The notes: generated from the letters alone by a model not told the origin. DNA of 64,000 nt from an uncultured delta proteobacterium (GCA_963727485.1 CAVSGM010000011.1:768001-832000), one strand, 5' to 3'; counted from the stretch's first letter, positions 1-11,975 are shown. Made by a program: numbers and translations.

Positions 1-128
1 GTCTTGCCGGATCCGCTGGCCCCGACGAGCACCACCAGCTCCCCCTCGGCGATCGCCAGGTCGACGCCGTCCACGGCGTAGGAGACCCCAGCGTCGAAGG
101 TCTTGGCGACGTCCTCCAGGCGGATCAT
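1..128 (-). CDS. ABC transporter ATP-binding protein, N-terminus only (possibly OpuA/ProV osmoprotectant type), runs off the window edge
   Basis: Reverse strand reads MIRLEDVAKTFDAGSPYAVDGVDLAIAEGELVVLVGASGSGK, with a Walker A GxSGSGK motif. Confidence 0.8.
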   Translation of the reverse strand, partial: MIRLEDVAKTFDAGVSYAVDGVDLAIAEGELVVLVGASGSGK

Positions 129-168
129 GCCTCCGACACTGGATCACATCCTAACCCCCCGCAAACGC

Positions 169-198
169 TTGACAGTCGTCGCCGCAGCGCCCTATGTA
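169..198 (+). promoter_or_regulatory. Putative sigma70 promoter for the nuo cluster
   Basis: TTGACA-N18-TATGTA about 50 bp upstream of nuoA. Confidence 0.5.
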
Positions 199-250
199 CG
201 GGCCCCCCACCGGGACCCGTTTCCGGCCCCCTCCAACCCCCTCGAGCGCC

Positions 251-664
251 ATGGTCCCAACCCTGCTCGCCGTCTCGTCGCCCGCCGCTGAGGATCTCAC
301 CGGCTACATCCCCGTCGTGATCACGCTCCTCCTGGCCGGGGTGCTGGGGATGGTCATCGTCGGCCTGGTGACCGCCATCGGCCGCCGGCAGCTCTCCGCG
401 GTGAAGGCCATGCCCTTCGAGGCCGGGTCGATCCCCATCGGCAACGCCCGGCAGCGCATCCACGTGCAGTACTACGTGGTGGCGCTGCTCTTCATCGTCT
501 TCGACCTGGAGACGGTCTTCCTCTTCATCTGGGCGCCGATCTTCCGCGACCTCGGGTACTACGGCCTCACGGTCATGGCCTTCTTCCTCATCCTCCTGGT
601 GGTGGGCCTCGTCTACGAGTGGAAGAAGGGGGCCCTGGAGTGGGCGACCCCCGGAGAGGACTGA
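251..664 (+). CDS. nuoA: NADH-quinone oxidoreductase subunit A
   Basis: Three hydrophobic segments, PFEAG, FIVFDLE and YEWKKGALEW motifs. Confidence 0.95.
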   Translation: MVPTLLAVSSPAAEDLTGYIPVVITLLLAGVLGMVIVGLVTAIGRRQLSAVKAMPFEAGSIPIGNARQRIHVQYYVVALLFIVFDLETVFLFIWAPIFRDLGYYGLTVMAFFLILLVVGLVYEWKKGALEWATPGED

Positions 665-669
665 CCCCT

Positions 670-1245
<576 letters not shown>

Positions 1246-1249
<4 letters not shown>

Positions 1250-1827
1250 GCAAGGCCGTCCTCGACAAGCTCCAGCAGAAGTTCGGCGCCGCGGTCCTCG
1301 AGACCCACGCCGAGCACGGCGACGAGACCGCGGTCATCGAGCCCGCCAAGATCCGCGAGGTCTGCGAGTTCCTCAAGACCGACGCCGCCATGCACTTCCA
1401 GATGGTCACCGACATCACCTGCGTCGACTGGCTCGGCCGGGACCCGCGCTTCGAGGTGGTCTACCACCTCTACTCGGTGGCCAAGAAGCACCGGATCCGC
1501 CTCAAGTGCCGCCTCCCCGAGGGCGACCCCAAGCTCCCCTCGGTGACCCCGGTGTGGAAGGGCGCCAACTGGTTCGAGCGCGAGGCCTACGACATGTACG
1601 GCGTGGTCTTCGACGGCCACCCGGACCTCCGGCGCATCCTCCTCTACCCCGAGTTCGTGGGGCACCCGCTGCGCAAGGACTACCCCCTCGACGGTGAGCA
1701 GCCCCTGGTGGAGATGCGGGACCCCGAGTCCCAGCGCCCGGTGATGCCCGGGGTCGAGAGCAGCCTGGTTCGCATCGGCGGCGCCGCCAAGCAGGATGAC
1801 GACGCGACGTCCGGGAAGGAGGCCTAA
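1246..1827 (+). CDS. nuoC: NADH-quinone oxidoreductase subunit C
   Basis: [43 protein letters not shown] overlap with the nuoB stop. Confidence 0.95.
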
Positions 1828-1843
1828 GGTGGCAGGCGACATC

Positions 1844-3145
1844 ATGAAGGACCGCAAGGCGGCCACCGACGAGATCATCCGGGAGGCCTTCGAGGGCGGC
1901 ACGCGCCTGGAGCCCGGGGGCAACCCGCCCCCCCAGAGCTTCTACGACCGCACCGGCGAGGAGGGCGAGGGTGCCCTGCCCACCGAGGACCAGGTCATCA
2001 ACGTGGGCCCCAGCCACCCGGTGACCCACGGGACCGTGCGCTTCCTGATGAAGCTCTCCGGCGAGCGCATCGTCGACATCGACCCGGACATCGGCTACCT
2101 GCACCGGGGCTTCGAGAAGCAGGTGGAGCACGCCACCTGGACCCAGTGCTTCCCCTACGTCGACCGGCTCAACTACGTCTCGCCGCTGCTCAACAACGTG
2201 GGCTTCGCCCTGGCCGTGGAGAAGCTCGCGGGCATCGAGGCGCCCGAGCGGGCCCAGTACCTGCGGACCATCGGCGGCGAGATCCACCGGGTCTGCGACC
2301 ACCTCACCGCGCTGGGCGCCATGGCCATGGAGCTCGGCGCGTTCAGCGCCTTCCTCTACGCCGTGGAGGGCCGCGAGTTCTGGTGGGACCGGATCGCCGA
2401 GCTCACCGGCGCCCGGCTGATGGTCAGCTACTGCCGCGTCGGCGGCGTGGCCCGGGACATCCCCGAGGGCTGGATCCCGAAGACCCTGGCCTCCATCGAC
2501 CGGACCCGGGCGGTGGTCAACGAGCTCGACGCCCTGCTCTCGCGCAACCGGATCTTCCTCGACCGGACCGTGGGCACCGGCGTCATCTCCCAGGAGGACG
2601 CCATCGAGTACGGGTGGACCGGCCCCACGCTGCGGGCCACCGGCGTCGACTACGACGTCCGCAAGGACCACCCCTACCTCATCTACGGCGACCTCGACTG
2701 GGACGTCCCGGTGGGCGAGCACGGCGACAACTTCGACCGGTTCGCGGTGCGGATCGAGGAGATCCGCCAGTCCCTGCGCATCATCGAGCAGGCCATCGAC
2801 AAGCTCCCCGACGGGCCGATCATCCTCGACGACTGGAAGTTCGCCTTGCCCTCGAAGACCGAGGTCTACAAGTCGATCCAGGCCACCATCGCCCACTTCG
2901 AGATGATCATGTACGGCATCCAGGTGCCGGCGGGCGAGGCCTACGGCTACACCGAGGGGGGCAACGGCGAGCTCGGCTTCTACGTGGTCAGCGACGGTGG
3001 TGGCAAGCCGTACAAGGTCAAGGTCCGGCCGCCGTGCTTCGCGATCATGCAGGCCCTTCCGGAGATGGTCCGCGGCTCCCTGCTCGCCGACCTCGTCCCG
3101 ACCTTCGACTCGATCAACATGATCGGTGGGGAGATCGACCGCTGA
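1844..3145 (+). CDS. nuoD: NADH-quinone oxidoreductase subunit D (alternative GTG start at 1829)
   Basis: NVGPSHPVTHG, IGYLHRGFEK, DRLNY and C-terminal GEIDR. Confidence 0.95.
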   Translation: MKDRKAATDEIIREAFEGGTRLEPGGNPPPQSFYDRTGEEGEGALPTEDQVINVGPSHPVTHGTVRFLMKLSGERIVDIDPDIGYLHRGFEKQVEHATWTQCFPYVDRLNYVSPLLNNVGFALAVEKLAGIEAPERAQYLRTIGGEIHRVCDHLTALGAMAMELGAFSAFLYAVEGREFWWDRIAELTGARLMVSYCRVGGVARDIPEGWIPKTLASIDRTRAVVNELDALLSRNRIFLDRTVGTGVISQEDAIEYGWTGPTLRATGVDYDVRKDHPYLIYGDLDWDVPVGEHGDNFDRFAVRIEEIRQSLRIIEQAIDKLPDGPIILDDWKFALPSKTEVYKSIQATIAHFEMIMYGIQVPAGEAYGYTEGGNGELGFYVVSDGGGKPYKVKVRPPCFAIMQALPEMVRGSLLADLVPTFDSINMIGGEIDR

Positions 3146-4827
3146 TGGCACCCGAGGACGCGACCCAGGAGCAGAAGGACCCCAACTCGCTCACCGTCAC
3201 CGTCGACGGGGTCGAGCACCAGCTGCCCAAGAAGAAGGGGCTGACGATCATCCAGGTCTGCGAGGAGCTGGACATCGACATCCCCCGCTTCTGCTACCAC
3301 GAGCGGCTCACCATCCCCGCCAACTGCCGGATGTGCCTGGTGGAGGTGGAGAAGGCCCCGAAGCTGATGCCCGCCTGCCACACCGAGGTGCGCGACGGGA
3401 TGGTGGTCAACACCCAGACCGAGAAGGTGAAGCAGGCCCAGGAGGCGGTCCTCGAGTTCCTCCTGGTCGACCACCCGGTCGACTGCCCCATCTGCGACCA
3501 GGCGGGGGAGTGCCCGCTCCAGGACCAGTACTTCAAGTTCGACCGCAAGCCCTCCCGGATCCCCGACCCGGCCCAGAAGGTGAAGAAGGGCAAGGGCGTC
3601 CGCGTCGGCCCGAGGGTCACCCTCGACCAGGAGCGCTGCGTCCTGTGCACCCGGTGCGTCCGGTTCATGGACGAGGTCGCCCGGGAGCCCCAGCTGGGGA
3701 TGTTCTGGCGCAACGACCACAGCTACATCAGCAACTTCCCCGGTCAGCCGCTGACCAGCAACTACTCCCTGAACACCGTGGAGATCTGCCCGGTGGGGGC
3801 GCTGACCTCGACCGACTTCCGCTTCCACAAGCGGGTGTGGAACCTCACCTCGAGCCCCAGCATCTGCGACGGCTGCGCCCGGGGCTGCAACGACTGGGTC
3901 GACCAGGACGGCCGCCACGTCTACCGGATGCGCGCCCGGGACAACGACGCGGTGAACCAGGCCTGGATGTGCGACCACGGCCGGCTCTCCTACGGCTTCG
4001 TCAACGACGACCGGGTGCTGGCCGGGCGCATCGGCCGCGGGTCGCCCGCGCTGCTGCGGGGCACCGAGAGGGTCGCCGCCGAGATCGCCGCCAAGCTGAA
4101 GCCGGTGGCGGGCAAGGGCGAAGGGCTGGCGATGCTGGTCAGCGCCCGGTGCTCCACCGAGGACGCCCTGATGGCCGCCTGGCTCGCCAAGGAGGTCCTG
4201 GGCCTCGACCGCCTCTACGTCGGCGGCCGCGAGGACGGAGAGAAGGACAAGATCCTCCTGCGCGACGACCGCAACCCCAATCGCCTGGGCGTCCAGCTCG
4301 CGGCACAGGCCTTCGGCCTCGAGGCGGCGGCGTTCCAGGGGCTCCTGGAGGCGGTGGACGAGGGCAAGGTCAAGATGCTCTACGCCATCGGCACCGACGT
4401 GCCCGTGGCCCAGAGCCTCGCCGCCGGGGTCTTCGCCTCGCTCGAGTTCCTGGCGGTCCAGGCGGTGAGCGCCGACGAGAATCGTCGCCCAGGCCGACTG
4501 CGTGCTCCCCGCCGCCACCTACATGGAGGGCGAGGGCACCTTCGTGAACTTCATGGGTCGCCTCCAGCGCTTCACCCCGGCCTTCGAGGCCCGGGGCGAG
4601 GCCACGGCCCACTGGGACTGGCTGGGCGAGGTGGCCCGAGGGCTCGGCAAGGACGTCGACTACGGCGCCCCCGGCGAGGTCTTCGACGCCCTGGCCGGCA
4701 AGTCCGAGGTCCTGGGCAAGGTGAAGTGGGCGGAGATTGGCGCCGCGGGTGTCGCCCTCGAGGGCGTCGGCGCGGCCGAGGACCAGACCGGCGGGGCCGG
4801 AACGCGTGACCAGAAGGGAGTCTCCCG

Positions 4828-4840
<13 letters not shown>
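3145..4840 (+). CDS. nuoG: NADH-quinone oxidoreductase subunit G, short form (+1 frameshift near 4479-4483)
   Basis: IPRFCYH, NCRMCLVE, HPVDCPICDQAGECPLQD, RCVLCTRCVRF, ICPVGALT, CDGCARGC; C-terminal VLPAATYMEGEGTFVN in the next frame. Confidence 0.9.
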
Positions 4841-6243
<1,403 letters not shown>

Positions 6244-6270
6244 CCCCACTCGAGCAGAACGGAAGGCCGC

Positions 6271-6942
6271 ATGACCATTCGCACCGTCAAGCTCCCCCAG
6301 GACCGGCCCATGGACGCCATGGAGCGCGGCTTCGTCCGCGAGGCCGTCCGGGGCCTGAAGATCACCGGCAGCAAGTGGGTCAAGAACCTCCTGGTGCCCC
6401 ACGATCGCAACGGCGAGATCCTCGACCGCCTCGGCTCCTCCGAGGTGACGACCATCGAGTACCCGGAGGAGCGCTCGCCGACCATGAGCCGGAGCTACCG
6501 GGCCATGCATCGGCTCACCTTCCGGGAGGACGGCAAGCCCCGGTGCGTGGCCTGCTACATGTGCTCCACCGCCTGCCCGGCCCACTGCATCTACATCGAG
6601 GCCGGTGAGTACCCCGACGATCCCATCGAGAAGTACCCGGTCCGCTTCGACATCGACGAGCTCAAGTGCATCGTCTGCGGGCTCTGCGTGGAGGCGTGCC
6701 CCAAGGACGCCATCCGCATGGACACCGGCCGGCACTGCACCGCCAGCCTCAATCGCGGCGCGGCCATCTACTCCCGGGAGCAGCTCCTCCACGAGTCCCA
6801 GCCCTTCGGCCCCACCCATCCCCACGGCGACGAGAACGAGATGAGCCGCGAGGCCCTCAAGTACCTCCAGGCCAAGGGCGAGCGGCCCCGGGGCTCCGAG
6901 GAGAAGCTCGAGGAGCGGATCGGGCCGGACCACCGGCGGTAG
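6271..6942 (+). CDS. nuoI: NADH-quinone oxidoreductase subunit I
   Basis: TIEYPEE and two CxxCxxCxxxCP motifs (CVACYMCSTACP, CIVCGLCVEACP). Confidence 0.93.
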   Translation: MTIRTVKLPQDRPMDAMERGFVREAVRGLKITGSKWVKNLLVPHDRNGEILDRLGSSEVTTIEYPEERSPTMSRSYRAMHRLTFREDGKPRCVACYMCSTACPAHCIYIEAGEYPDDPIEKYPVRFDIDELKCIVCGLCVEACPKDAIRMDTGRHCTASLNRGAAIYSREQLLHESQPFGPTHPHGDENEMSREALKYLQAKGERPRGSEEKLEERIGPDHRR

Positions 6943-6990
6943 CCCGCGGCGCTGGCGGCGGCCCCGGCGCCCCGGCTACACTCTCCGGCC

Positions 6991-8811
6991 ATGACCGCCA
7001 TGACCGGCCTCGACTGGGGCATCGTCGTCGCCTACCTGGTGGTCTCGGTCGTCATCGGGGTCCTCACCTCCCGGTCGGCGAGCGAGAGCACCGAGAGCTT
7101 CTTCGTCGCCGGCCGGAGCCTGCCCTGGTGGGTCGCGGGCACCTCCATGGTGGCGACCACCTTCGCCGCCGACACCCCCCTGTGGGTGACGGGGACGGTG
7201 GCCAAGTACGGCATCGCCGGGAACTGGTTCTGGTGGGGCTTCGCCATGGCCCACGTGCTGGCGGCGGTCTACCTCGCCAAGCTCTGGCGCCGCGCCGAGG
7301 TGATGACCGACGCCCAGGTCATCGAGGAGCGCTACTCCGGCCGGCCCGCGGCGGCGCTGCGCGCCTTCAAGGCCTTCTTCTTCGCGGTGGTCATCAACTG
7401 CATCACCATCGGCTGGGTGGTCCTGGCGATGCGGAAGATCATGGGCGTGTTCGTGGACTGGTCCGTGATCCTCCCCCAGGGCTGGTTCGCGGCCCTGGTC
7501 TCCGTCTGGCCCCACGGCCTCTCCATCGACCCCTCCACGGCCCTCTCGGTGTTCGTGGCGATGGCGCTGGCGGTGGGCTACTCGGTGATGGGCGGGCTGC
7601 GCGGGGTGGTGCTCACCGACCTGGTGCAGTTCGTCCTCGCCATGACCGGCGCCATCGCGGTGGCGGTGTTCGCGGTCCACAAGGTCGGCGGTCTCGACCA
7701 GCTCGTCATCCGGCTCCAGCAGGTCACCGGCGACGCCAAGGACGTGCTGGCCTACGCCCCCGCCGCCGACAGCACCTGGATGCCGCTCCAGCTCTTCGGC
7801 CTCTACCTGTTGGTGCTCTGGTGGGCCCAGAAGTACTCGGACGCCGGGGGCTACATCATGCAGCGCATGGCCGCCTGCAAGGACGACCGCCACGCCGCCG
7901 GCGCCACCCTCTGGTTCACCGCCCTCCACTACGTGGGCCGGACCTGGCCCTGGGTGCTGGCGGCGCTGGCGGCGCTGGTCCTCTACCCGGTGGCGAAGTT
8001 CCCGCACCTCGATCGCGAGGCCACCTACCCGATGCTGATGCGCGACGTCCTGCCCCCGGGGCTCCTGGGGGTCGCGGTGGCGTCCCTGGCGGCGGCGTTC
8101 ATGTCCACCATCGACACCCAGGTGAACTGGGGCGCCTCCTACCTGGTCAAGGACATCTACCAGCGCTTCCTCAACCGGCACGCCACCGAGCAGCACTACG
8201 TGAAGGCCTCCCGGTGGGCGGTGGCGATCATCGCCGTGGTCGCCGCGGTCATCGCCCTGCACATGACCTCCATCGACGCCGCCTGGAAGTTCTTCATGGC
8301 GCTGGGTTCGGGCCTGGGCCTGGTGAGCCTGGCGCGGTGGGTGTGGTGGCGGGTGAACGCCTGGAGCGAGCTCTCGGCGCTCTTCTCCACCTGCGCGGTG
8401 ACCACCGTGCTGCTCTTCTTTCCCAAGGTCTCCTACCCGGTGCAGGTGCTCTCGACCATGGGCATCTCCACGGTGGTCTGGGTGGCGGTGACCTTCCTCA
8501 CCCGGCCCACCAATCCCGCGCGCCTCGAGGCCTTCTACCGCCGGGTGCGGCCCCTGGGCTTCTGGGGCCCGGTGCGGGCCCGGTGCCCCGAGGTCCCGCC
8601 CAAGGAGCGCCCGGCGTCGGTGCTCACGGCCTGGGCAAGCGGCATCGCCTTCGTCTACCTGCTGCTCTTCGGGACCGGATCGCTGCTCATCGGCCGCCGG
8701 GGCCTGGGCGCGGTGATGGTGGCCGCCGGGGCGCTGTTCGGGTGGCTGACCTACCAGCTCATCCTCGGCCGGCGGCAGGCGGCGCCGGTGGAGGTGGAGC
8801 CGGCGGCCTGA
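6991..8811 (+). CDS. Sodium:solute symporter (SSS) family transporter
   Basis: FFVAGRSLPWW, SMVATTFAADTP, GGLRGVVLTDLVQF, AAFMSTIDT; many TM segments. Confidence 0.92.
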   Translation: MTAMTGLDWGIVVAYLVVSVVIGVLTSRSASESTESFFVAGRSLPWWVAGTSMVATTFAADTPLWVTGTVAKYGIAGNWFWWGFAMAHVLAAVYLAKLWRRAEVMTDAQVIEERYSGRPAAALRAFKAFFFAVVINCITIGWVVLAMRKIMGVFVDWSVILPQGWFAALVSVWPHGLSIDPSTALSVFVAMALAVGYSVMGGLRGVVLTDLVQFVLAMTGAIAVAVFAVHKVGGLDQLVIRLQQVTGDAKDVLAYAPAADSTWMPLQLFGLYLLVLWWAQKYSDAGGYIMQRMAACKDDRHAAGATLWFTALHYVGRTWPWVLAALAALVLYPVAKFPHLDREATYPMLMRDVLPPGLLGVAVASLAAAFMSTIDTQVNWGASYLVKDIYQRFLNRHATEQHYVKASRWAVAIIAVVAAVIALHMTSIDAAWKFFMALGSGLGLVSLARWVWWRVNAWSELSALFSTCAVTTVLLFFPKVSYPVQVLSTMGISTVVWVAVTFLTRPTNPARLEAFYRRVRPLGFWGPVRARCPEVPPKERPASVLTAWASGIAFVYLLLFGTGSLLIGRRGLGAVMVAAGALFGWLTYQLILGRRQAAPVEVEPAA

Positions 8812-8842
8812 TGGGGCGGGCGTCCGGGGGCGTGGGAAAGCC

Positions 8843-8872
8843 TTGACCGCCCGGGCCCCTGGCCCTTATATG
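8843..8872 (+). promoter_or_regulatory. Putative sigma70 promoter of the tRNA
   Basis: TTGACC-N17/18-(T)TATATG about 20 bp upstream of the tRNA. Confidence 0.55.
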
Positions 8873-8893
8873 CAGCGTTCCGCGGTCCGTGTT

Positions 8894-8970
8894 GGCGGTG
8901 TAGCTCAGTCGGCTAGAGCAGGGGTCTCATAAGCCCCGTGTCGGTGGTTCGATTCCACCCACCGCCACCA
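8894..8970 (+). tRNA. tRNA-Met (CAT), elongator type
   Basis: GGCGGTG/CACCGCC acceptor stem, TAGCTCAG D-arm, GGGGT-CTCATAA-GCCCC anticodon arm, GGTTCGATTCC T-arm, encoded CCA; G1-C72 is paired, so not fMet; Ile2 cannot be fully excluded. Confidence 0.92.
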
Positions 8971-8973
8971 AAA

Positions 8974-9011
8974 CGAAGGCCCCGTCCCCTGCTCGGGGGA
9001 CGGGGCCTTCG
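8974..9011. terminator. Strong hairpin, likely bidirectional terminator between the tRNA and the convergent cupredoxin operon
   Basis: CGAAGGCCCCGTCCCC-loop-GGGGACGGGGCCTTCG, 16-bp stem with an A-run on the left. Confidence 0.75.
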
Positions 9012-9065
9012 CCTTGGACCGGTCGCGGCGTGGAGGAGGGGAGGGCGCCGGGCCGGCCGCGTGCG

Positions 9066-9725
9066 CTACGGTTTGCGGGGGGCCTCGCCGTGGGCCGGCT
9101 GCCCGTGGCCCGTGCCGTGGCCCGTCCCCCCCGCGAGATCGAGGGTGGCCACCACCCGCCCCCCGTGGACCCGCACCGTGAACCGCCTCGCCTGCTGCCC
9201 CTGGGTGAGGGCCCGGCCCCAGACCGCGAGCTGGTAGCGGCCGTCGGGGAGCTCGGGGAGGCGGAAGCGCCCGTGGTCGTCGGTGAGGGTGAAGTAGGGG
9301 TTCTGGAGGACCACCACGTAGGCCTCCATGGTGGGGTGGAGGGAGCAGAGCTGGGTGTAGACGCCGAGCTTGGTGAAGGTGTAGCTGCGCCGCTGCCCCG
9401 GGGGCCAGTTGCCCAGGTTGTAGCCCTCATGGTCGGGGGAGAAGACGTTGTGGACCATGTCGTCGGAGTTGAGGAAGTCGACGGTGGTGCCCCGCACCAC
9501 CGGGAGGACCTTGGGTACGAAGTGCATGTGGCGCTGGTCCATCACCCGGTGCCGGGTGGGCGGGGTGAAGTGGCCGGGCGCCTTCACCACGTAGACCAGC
9601 AGGTTGTCGGCGTCGGCGACGCCCTCGACCTTCCCGGAGACGACGCTCAAACGAACGGCCGCCGCCCCCCCGAGGAGGGAGGCGGCGGCCCAGAAGATGG
9701 CCAGGCGGCGAAGCGCACGGCCCAT
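9066..9725 (-). CDS. Exported cupredoxin-like protein with C-terminal carboxypeptidase-regulatory-like beta domain (paralog 2)
   Basis: Signal-like N-terminus; FVPKVLPVVRGTTVDFLNSDDMVHNV and CSLHPTM supply H/C/H/M type-1 Cu ligands. Confidence 0.8.
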   Translation of the reverse strand: MGRALRRLAIFWAAASLLGGAAAVRLSVVSGKVEGVADADNLLVYVVKAPGHFTPPTRHRVMDQRHMHFVPKVLPVVRGTTVDFLNSDDMVHNVFSPDHEGYNLGNWPPGQRRSYTFTKLGVYTQLCSLHPTMEAYVVVLQNPYFTLTDDHGRFRLPELPDGRYQLAVWGRALTQGQQARRFTVRVHGGRVVATLDLAGGTGHGTGHGQPAHGEAPRKP

Positions 9726-9730
9726 GACTG

Positions 9731-10330
9731 CTAGCGGTGGAGGCTGAAGTTCACGCTGGCGGGGGCGCCGGCCTTCACGGTGACGGTCTGCTGCGGGGCC
9801 TTGAGGTGCGAGTTCCACACCGCGATCTTGTAGGTCCCGGCAGGCACGCCGTCAATCTCGAAGTTGCCGGCACGGTCCACGGTGGAGGCGTAGCGGTTCT
9901 GGCCGACGAAGACGTAGGCCAGCATCTCCGGGTGGATGCTGCAGAGCTGGGAGTAGACGCCGGCCTTCTTGAACACGTGATTGCGGCTCTGGCCCGGGGA
10001 GAACACGCCGAGGTTGTACCCGTCACCGTCGGGGGTGAGCACGTCGTGGTCGACGTGGTCGCTGTTCTTGAACTCCACGGTGTCGCCCTTCTCGGCGATG
10101 AGGATGTGCGGGCTGAAGTGCATGTGCTTCTGGTTCATCTTCTCGGTGGAGGTCTTCTGGGGGTCCTTGACCTTGACCAGGTACACCACGGTCTCCTTGA
10201 GGTACTGGCCGGGGTCGGCCTGGACCTGGCCCTTGATGGAGCCGCCGTCGGCGAAGGCCGGCAGGGGCGCGAGGAAGGCGAGGGCTCCGAGAAGCAGGGC
10301 CGCGTGGGAGAGGGTCTTCTTGGCGTTCAT
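9731..10330 (-). CDS. Exported cupredoxin-like protein with C-terminal carboxypeptidase-regulatory-like beta domain (paralog 1)
   Basis: Signal peptide ending AFA; FSPHILIAEKGDTVEFKNSDHVDHDV and CSIHPEM; clear similarity to the neighbouring gene. Confidence 0.82.
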   Translation of the reverse strand: MNAKKTLSHAALLLGALAFLAPLPAFADGGSIKGQVQADPGQYLKETVVYLVKVKDPQKTSTEKMNQKHMHFSPHILIAEKGDTVEFKNSDHVDHDVLTPDGDGYNLGVFSPGQSRNHVFKKAGVYSQLCSIHPEMLAYVFVGQNRYASTVDRAGNFEIDGVPAGTYKIAVWNSHLKAPQQTVTVKAGAPASVNFSLHR

Positions 10331-10380
10331 TTCGATACTCCTTGTCTGCAGTTTGAAAGGGGTTGGTGCCGGGGTTCGGT

Positions 10381-11778
10381 CTAGAAGGCCCACATCATCC
10401 CGATCTGGATGTTCTCCAGCTCGGGCCCGAGGGCCGCGGTGGCGGTGGACGGCGTGATGGAGCCACCGGCGGGATCCCAGCTGCCCGGAGGCATGCCGTT
10501 GGCCATCTCGATGTCGCCGGAGACGGTGACCTTGAGGTTGGCCCGGACCAGCATGGCGACGCCGGGGATGATCCGCAGGTCGGACGCCGTGGTGCCGCCG
10601 GTGGGGTTGAGGCTCACGTACTCCACCCGCAGGGCCGGGACCAGCCAGGGGTAGACCACGTAGGACAGCTCGTCGTACTGCACCAGGGCGTTGACCGCGC
10701 TGCCGGTGTCGCTGGCGTGGTTGTGCTGCTCGGTGTAGGCGCCCGCGTAGAGCTGCAGGGAGCCGAGCTGGCCCTCAATCTGGCCGCCGAGGGTGAGGGC
10801 GGTGTCCTGCCGGTCGGTGCCGGCGCCGTCGGTGAAGCGGGAGTTGGAGTGGGAGGCGAAGAGGTCGACGGTCAGCGCGTTCTCCTCCCAGGGGCGCATG
10901 GGGTTGGTCGCGCTCTTGAACTTGCCCTCGCCATCGAGGGTCATCCCGCCGAGCTTGTAGCCGATGTGGGCGTACATGTCCTCGAGGGGCCGGACGTCGA
11001 CGTTGGCGCCGGAGTTCATGCCCACGGTGTAGTCGAAGCGGTGGGCGAGGACGCCGTGGACCTCGATGAGGTTGTAGTTGTCGGTGATGTTGAAGGAGTC
11101 GCTCTGGGCGCCGTAGAGGGCGGTCACCGGGACGATGGCCTGCTCACCGTCGGCGAGGTAGGTGGAGTGGGCGCCGAAGCTGGTGTAGCGGCCGGCGCCG
11201 TGACCCACCATCAGGTTCACCGCGTGCTTGGGGCCGATGAGGTCGTTGAAGAGCAGCAGCGCCTTCTCCACCTCCAGGGGATCCTGGGAGTTGGCGGTGA
11301 GCTCGCCGAAGAAGGTGTTCTTGCTGTCGAAGCTGCCGCCCATCCACAGGTGGCCTTCCTCGACCATGGTGCTGGCGTCGACGATGGTGCCGTTGGCGCC
11401 CTGCGCCTCGCTGGAGGAGGTCTGCGGATGGAGGACCACCTGGCCGTTGAAGCCGGCGGCCAGGGGTACCTGGCCCGGGAGGCTGGAGGGCCAGACCACC
11501 TTGGGGAAGAGCTTCTTGTAGGCCTCCTGGCCGAGCACCACCCGCTTGATCTGCCAGTAGTCGCTGTCGACGCCGGGGAAGCGGTAGCCGTTGCGGCGGA
11601 AGGCCTCACCGAAGGGGGTGAGCTTGGGGAAGACCGTGTGACAGGTGGTGCAGCTGGTGTGGTACTTGCGGGCGAAGGCGGGGATGGCCATCGCCGGGGT
11701 GGCGAAGAGGCCCGCGGCGCCGAGGGCGACGAGGGCAGCGACGAGTCGGGGGATGACTGGGAGCTTGTAGGACCGCAT
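10381..11778 (-). CDS. Cyc2-like monoheme cytochrome c fused to an outer-membrane beta-barrel porin
   Basis: Signal peptide ending AMA, then IPAFARKYHTSCTTCHTVFPKLTPFGEAFRRNGY (PxFARK, CxxCH, PxL); amphipathic beta-strand body; terminal WAF. Confidence 0.85.
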   Translation of the reverse strand: MRSYKLPVIPRLVAALVALGAAGLFATPAMAIPAFARKYHTSCTTCHTVFPKLTPFGEAFRRNGYRFPGVDSDYWQIKRVVLGQEAYKKLFPKVVWPSSLPGQVPLAAGFNGQVVLHPQTSSSEAQGANGTIVDASTMVEEGHLWMGGSFDSKNTFFGELTANSQDPLEVEKALLLFNDLIGPKHAVNLMVGHGAGRYTSFGAHSTYLADGEQAIVPVTALYGAQSDSFNITDNYNLIEVHGVLAHRFDYTVGMNSGANVDVRPLEDMYAHIGYKLGGMTLDGEGKFKSATNPMRPWEENALTVDLFASHSNSRFTDGAGTDRQDTALTLGGQIEGQLGSLQLYAGAYTEQHNHASDTGSAVNALVQYDELSYVVYPWLVPALRVEYVSLNPTGGTTASDLRIIPGVAMLVRANLKVTVSGDIEMANGMPPGSWDPAGGSITPSTATAALGPELENIQIGMMWAF

Positions 11779-11826
11779 GTTCTTCCCTTTCGGGGGGGTG
11801 GGGTTGAACTGCTCGCGCGGGGAAAG

Positions 11827-11842
11827 AGCAAGTCGCGGGCCA
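11827..11842 (-). promoter_or_regulatory. Sigma54 (-24/-12) promoter of the cyc2-like operon
   Basis: Minus strand TGGCCCGCGACTTGCT = GG-N10-GC, close to consensus TGGCAC-N5-TTGCW, about 50 bp upstream of the ATG. Confidence 0.75.
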
Positions 11843-11905
11843 GGTTGCGGGAAGGCGGGTTTTCCGCGGTTTTCGCGGGGTTCCGGCGGAGCCTTCCCAG
11901 CCGAC

Positions 11906-11953
11906 CTCGCATCCCTGCGGAAACGGCGTCCCCAGGCCTCGCAAGGCTGCGAG
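11906..11953. promoter_or_regulatory. Tandem palindromic sites, putative upstream activator sequence
   Basis: CTCGCA-TCCC-TGCGG (11906) and CTCGCA-AGGC-TGCGAG (11938), 32 bp apart and 65-110 bp upstream of the -24 element. Confidence 0.55.
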
Positions 11954-11975
11954 GTGCGCTGGCGCGAGGCCCTGG

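Noticed and set aside
8894..8970. Initiator tRNA-fMet
   Set aside because: G1-C72 is paired, whereas bacterial initiator tRNAs have a 1-72 mismatch
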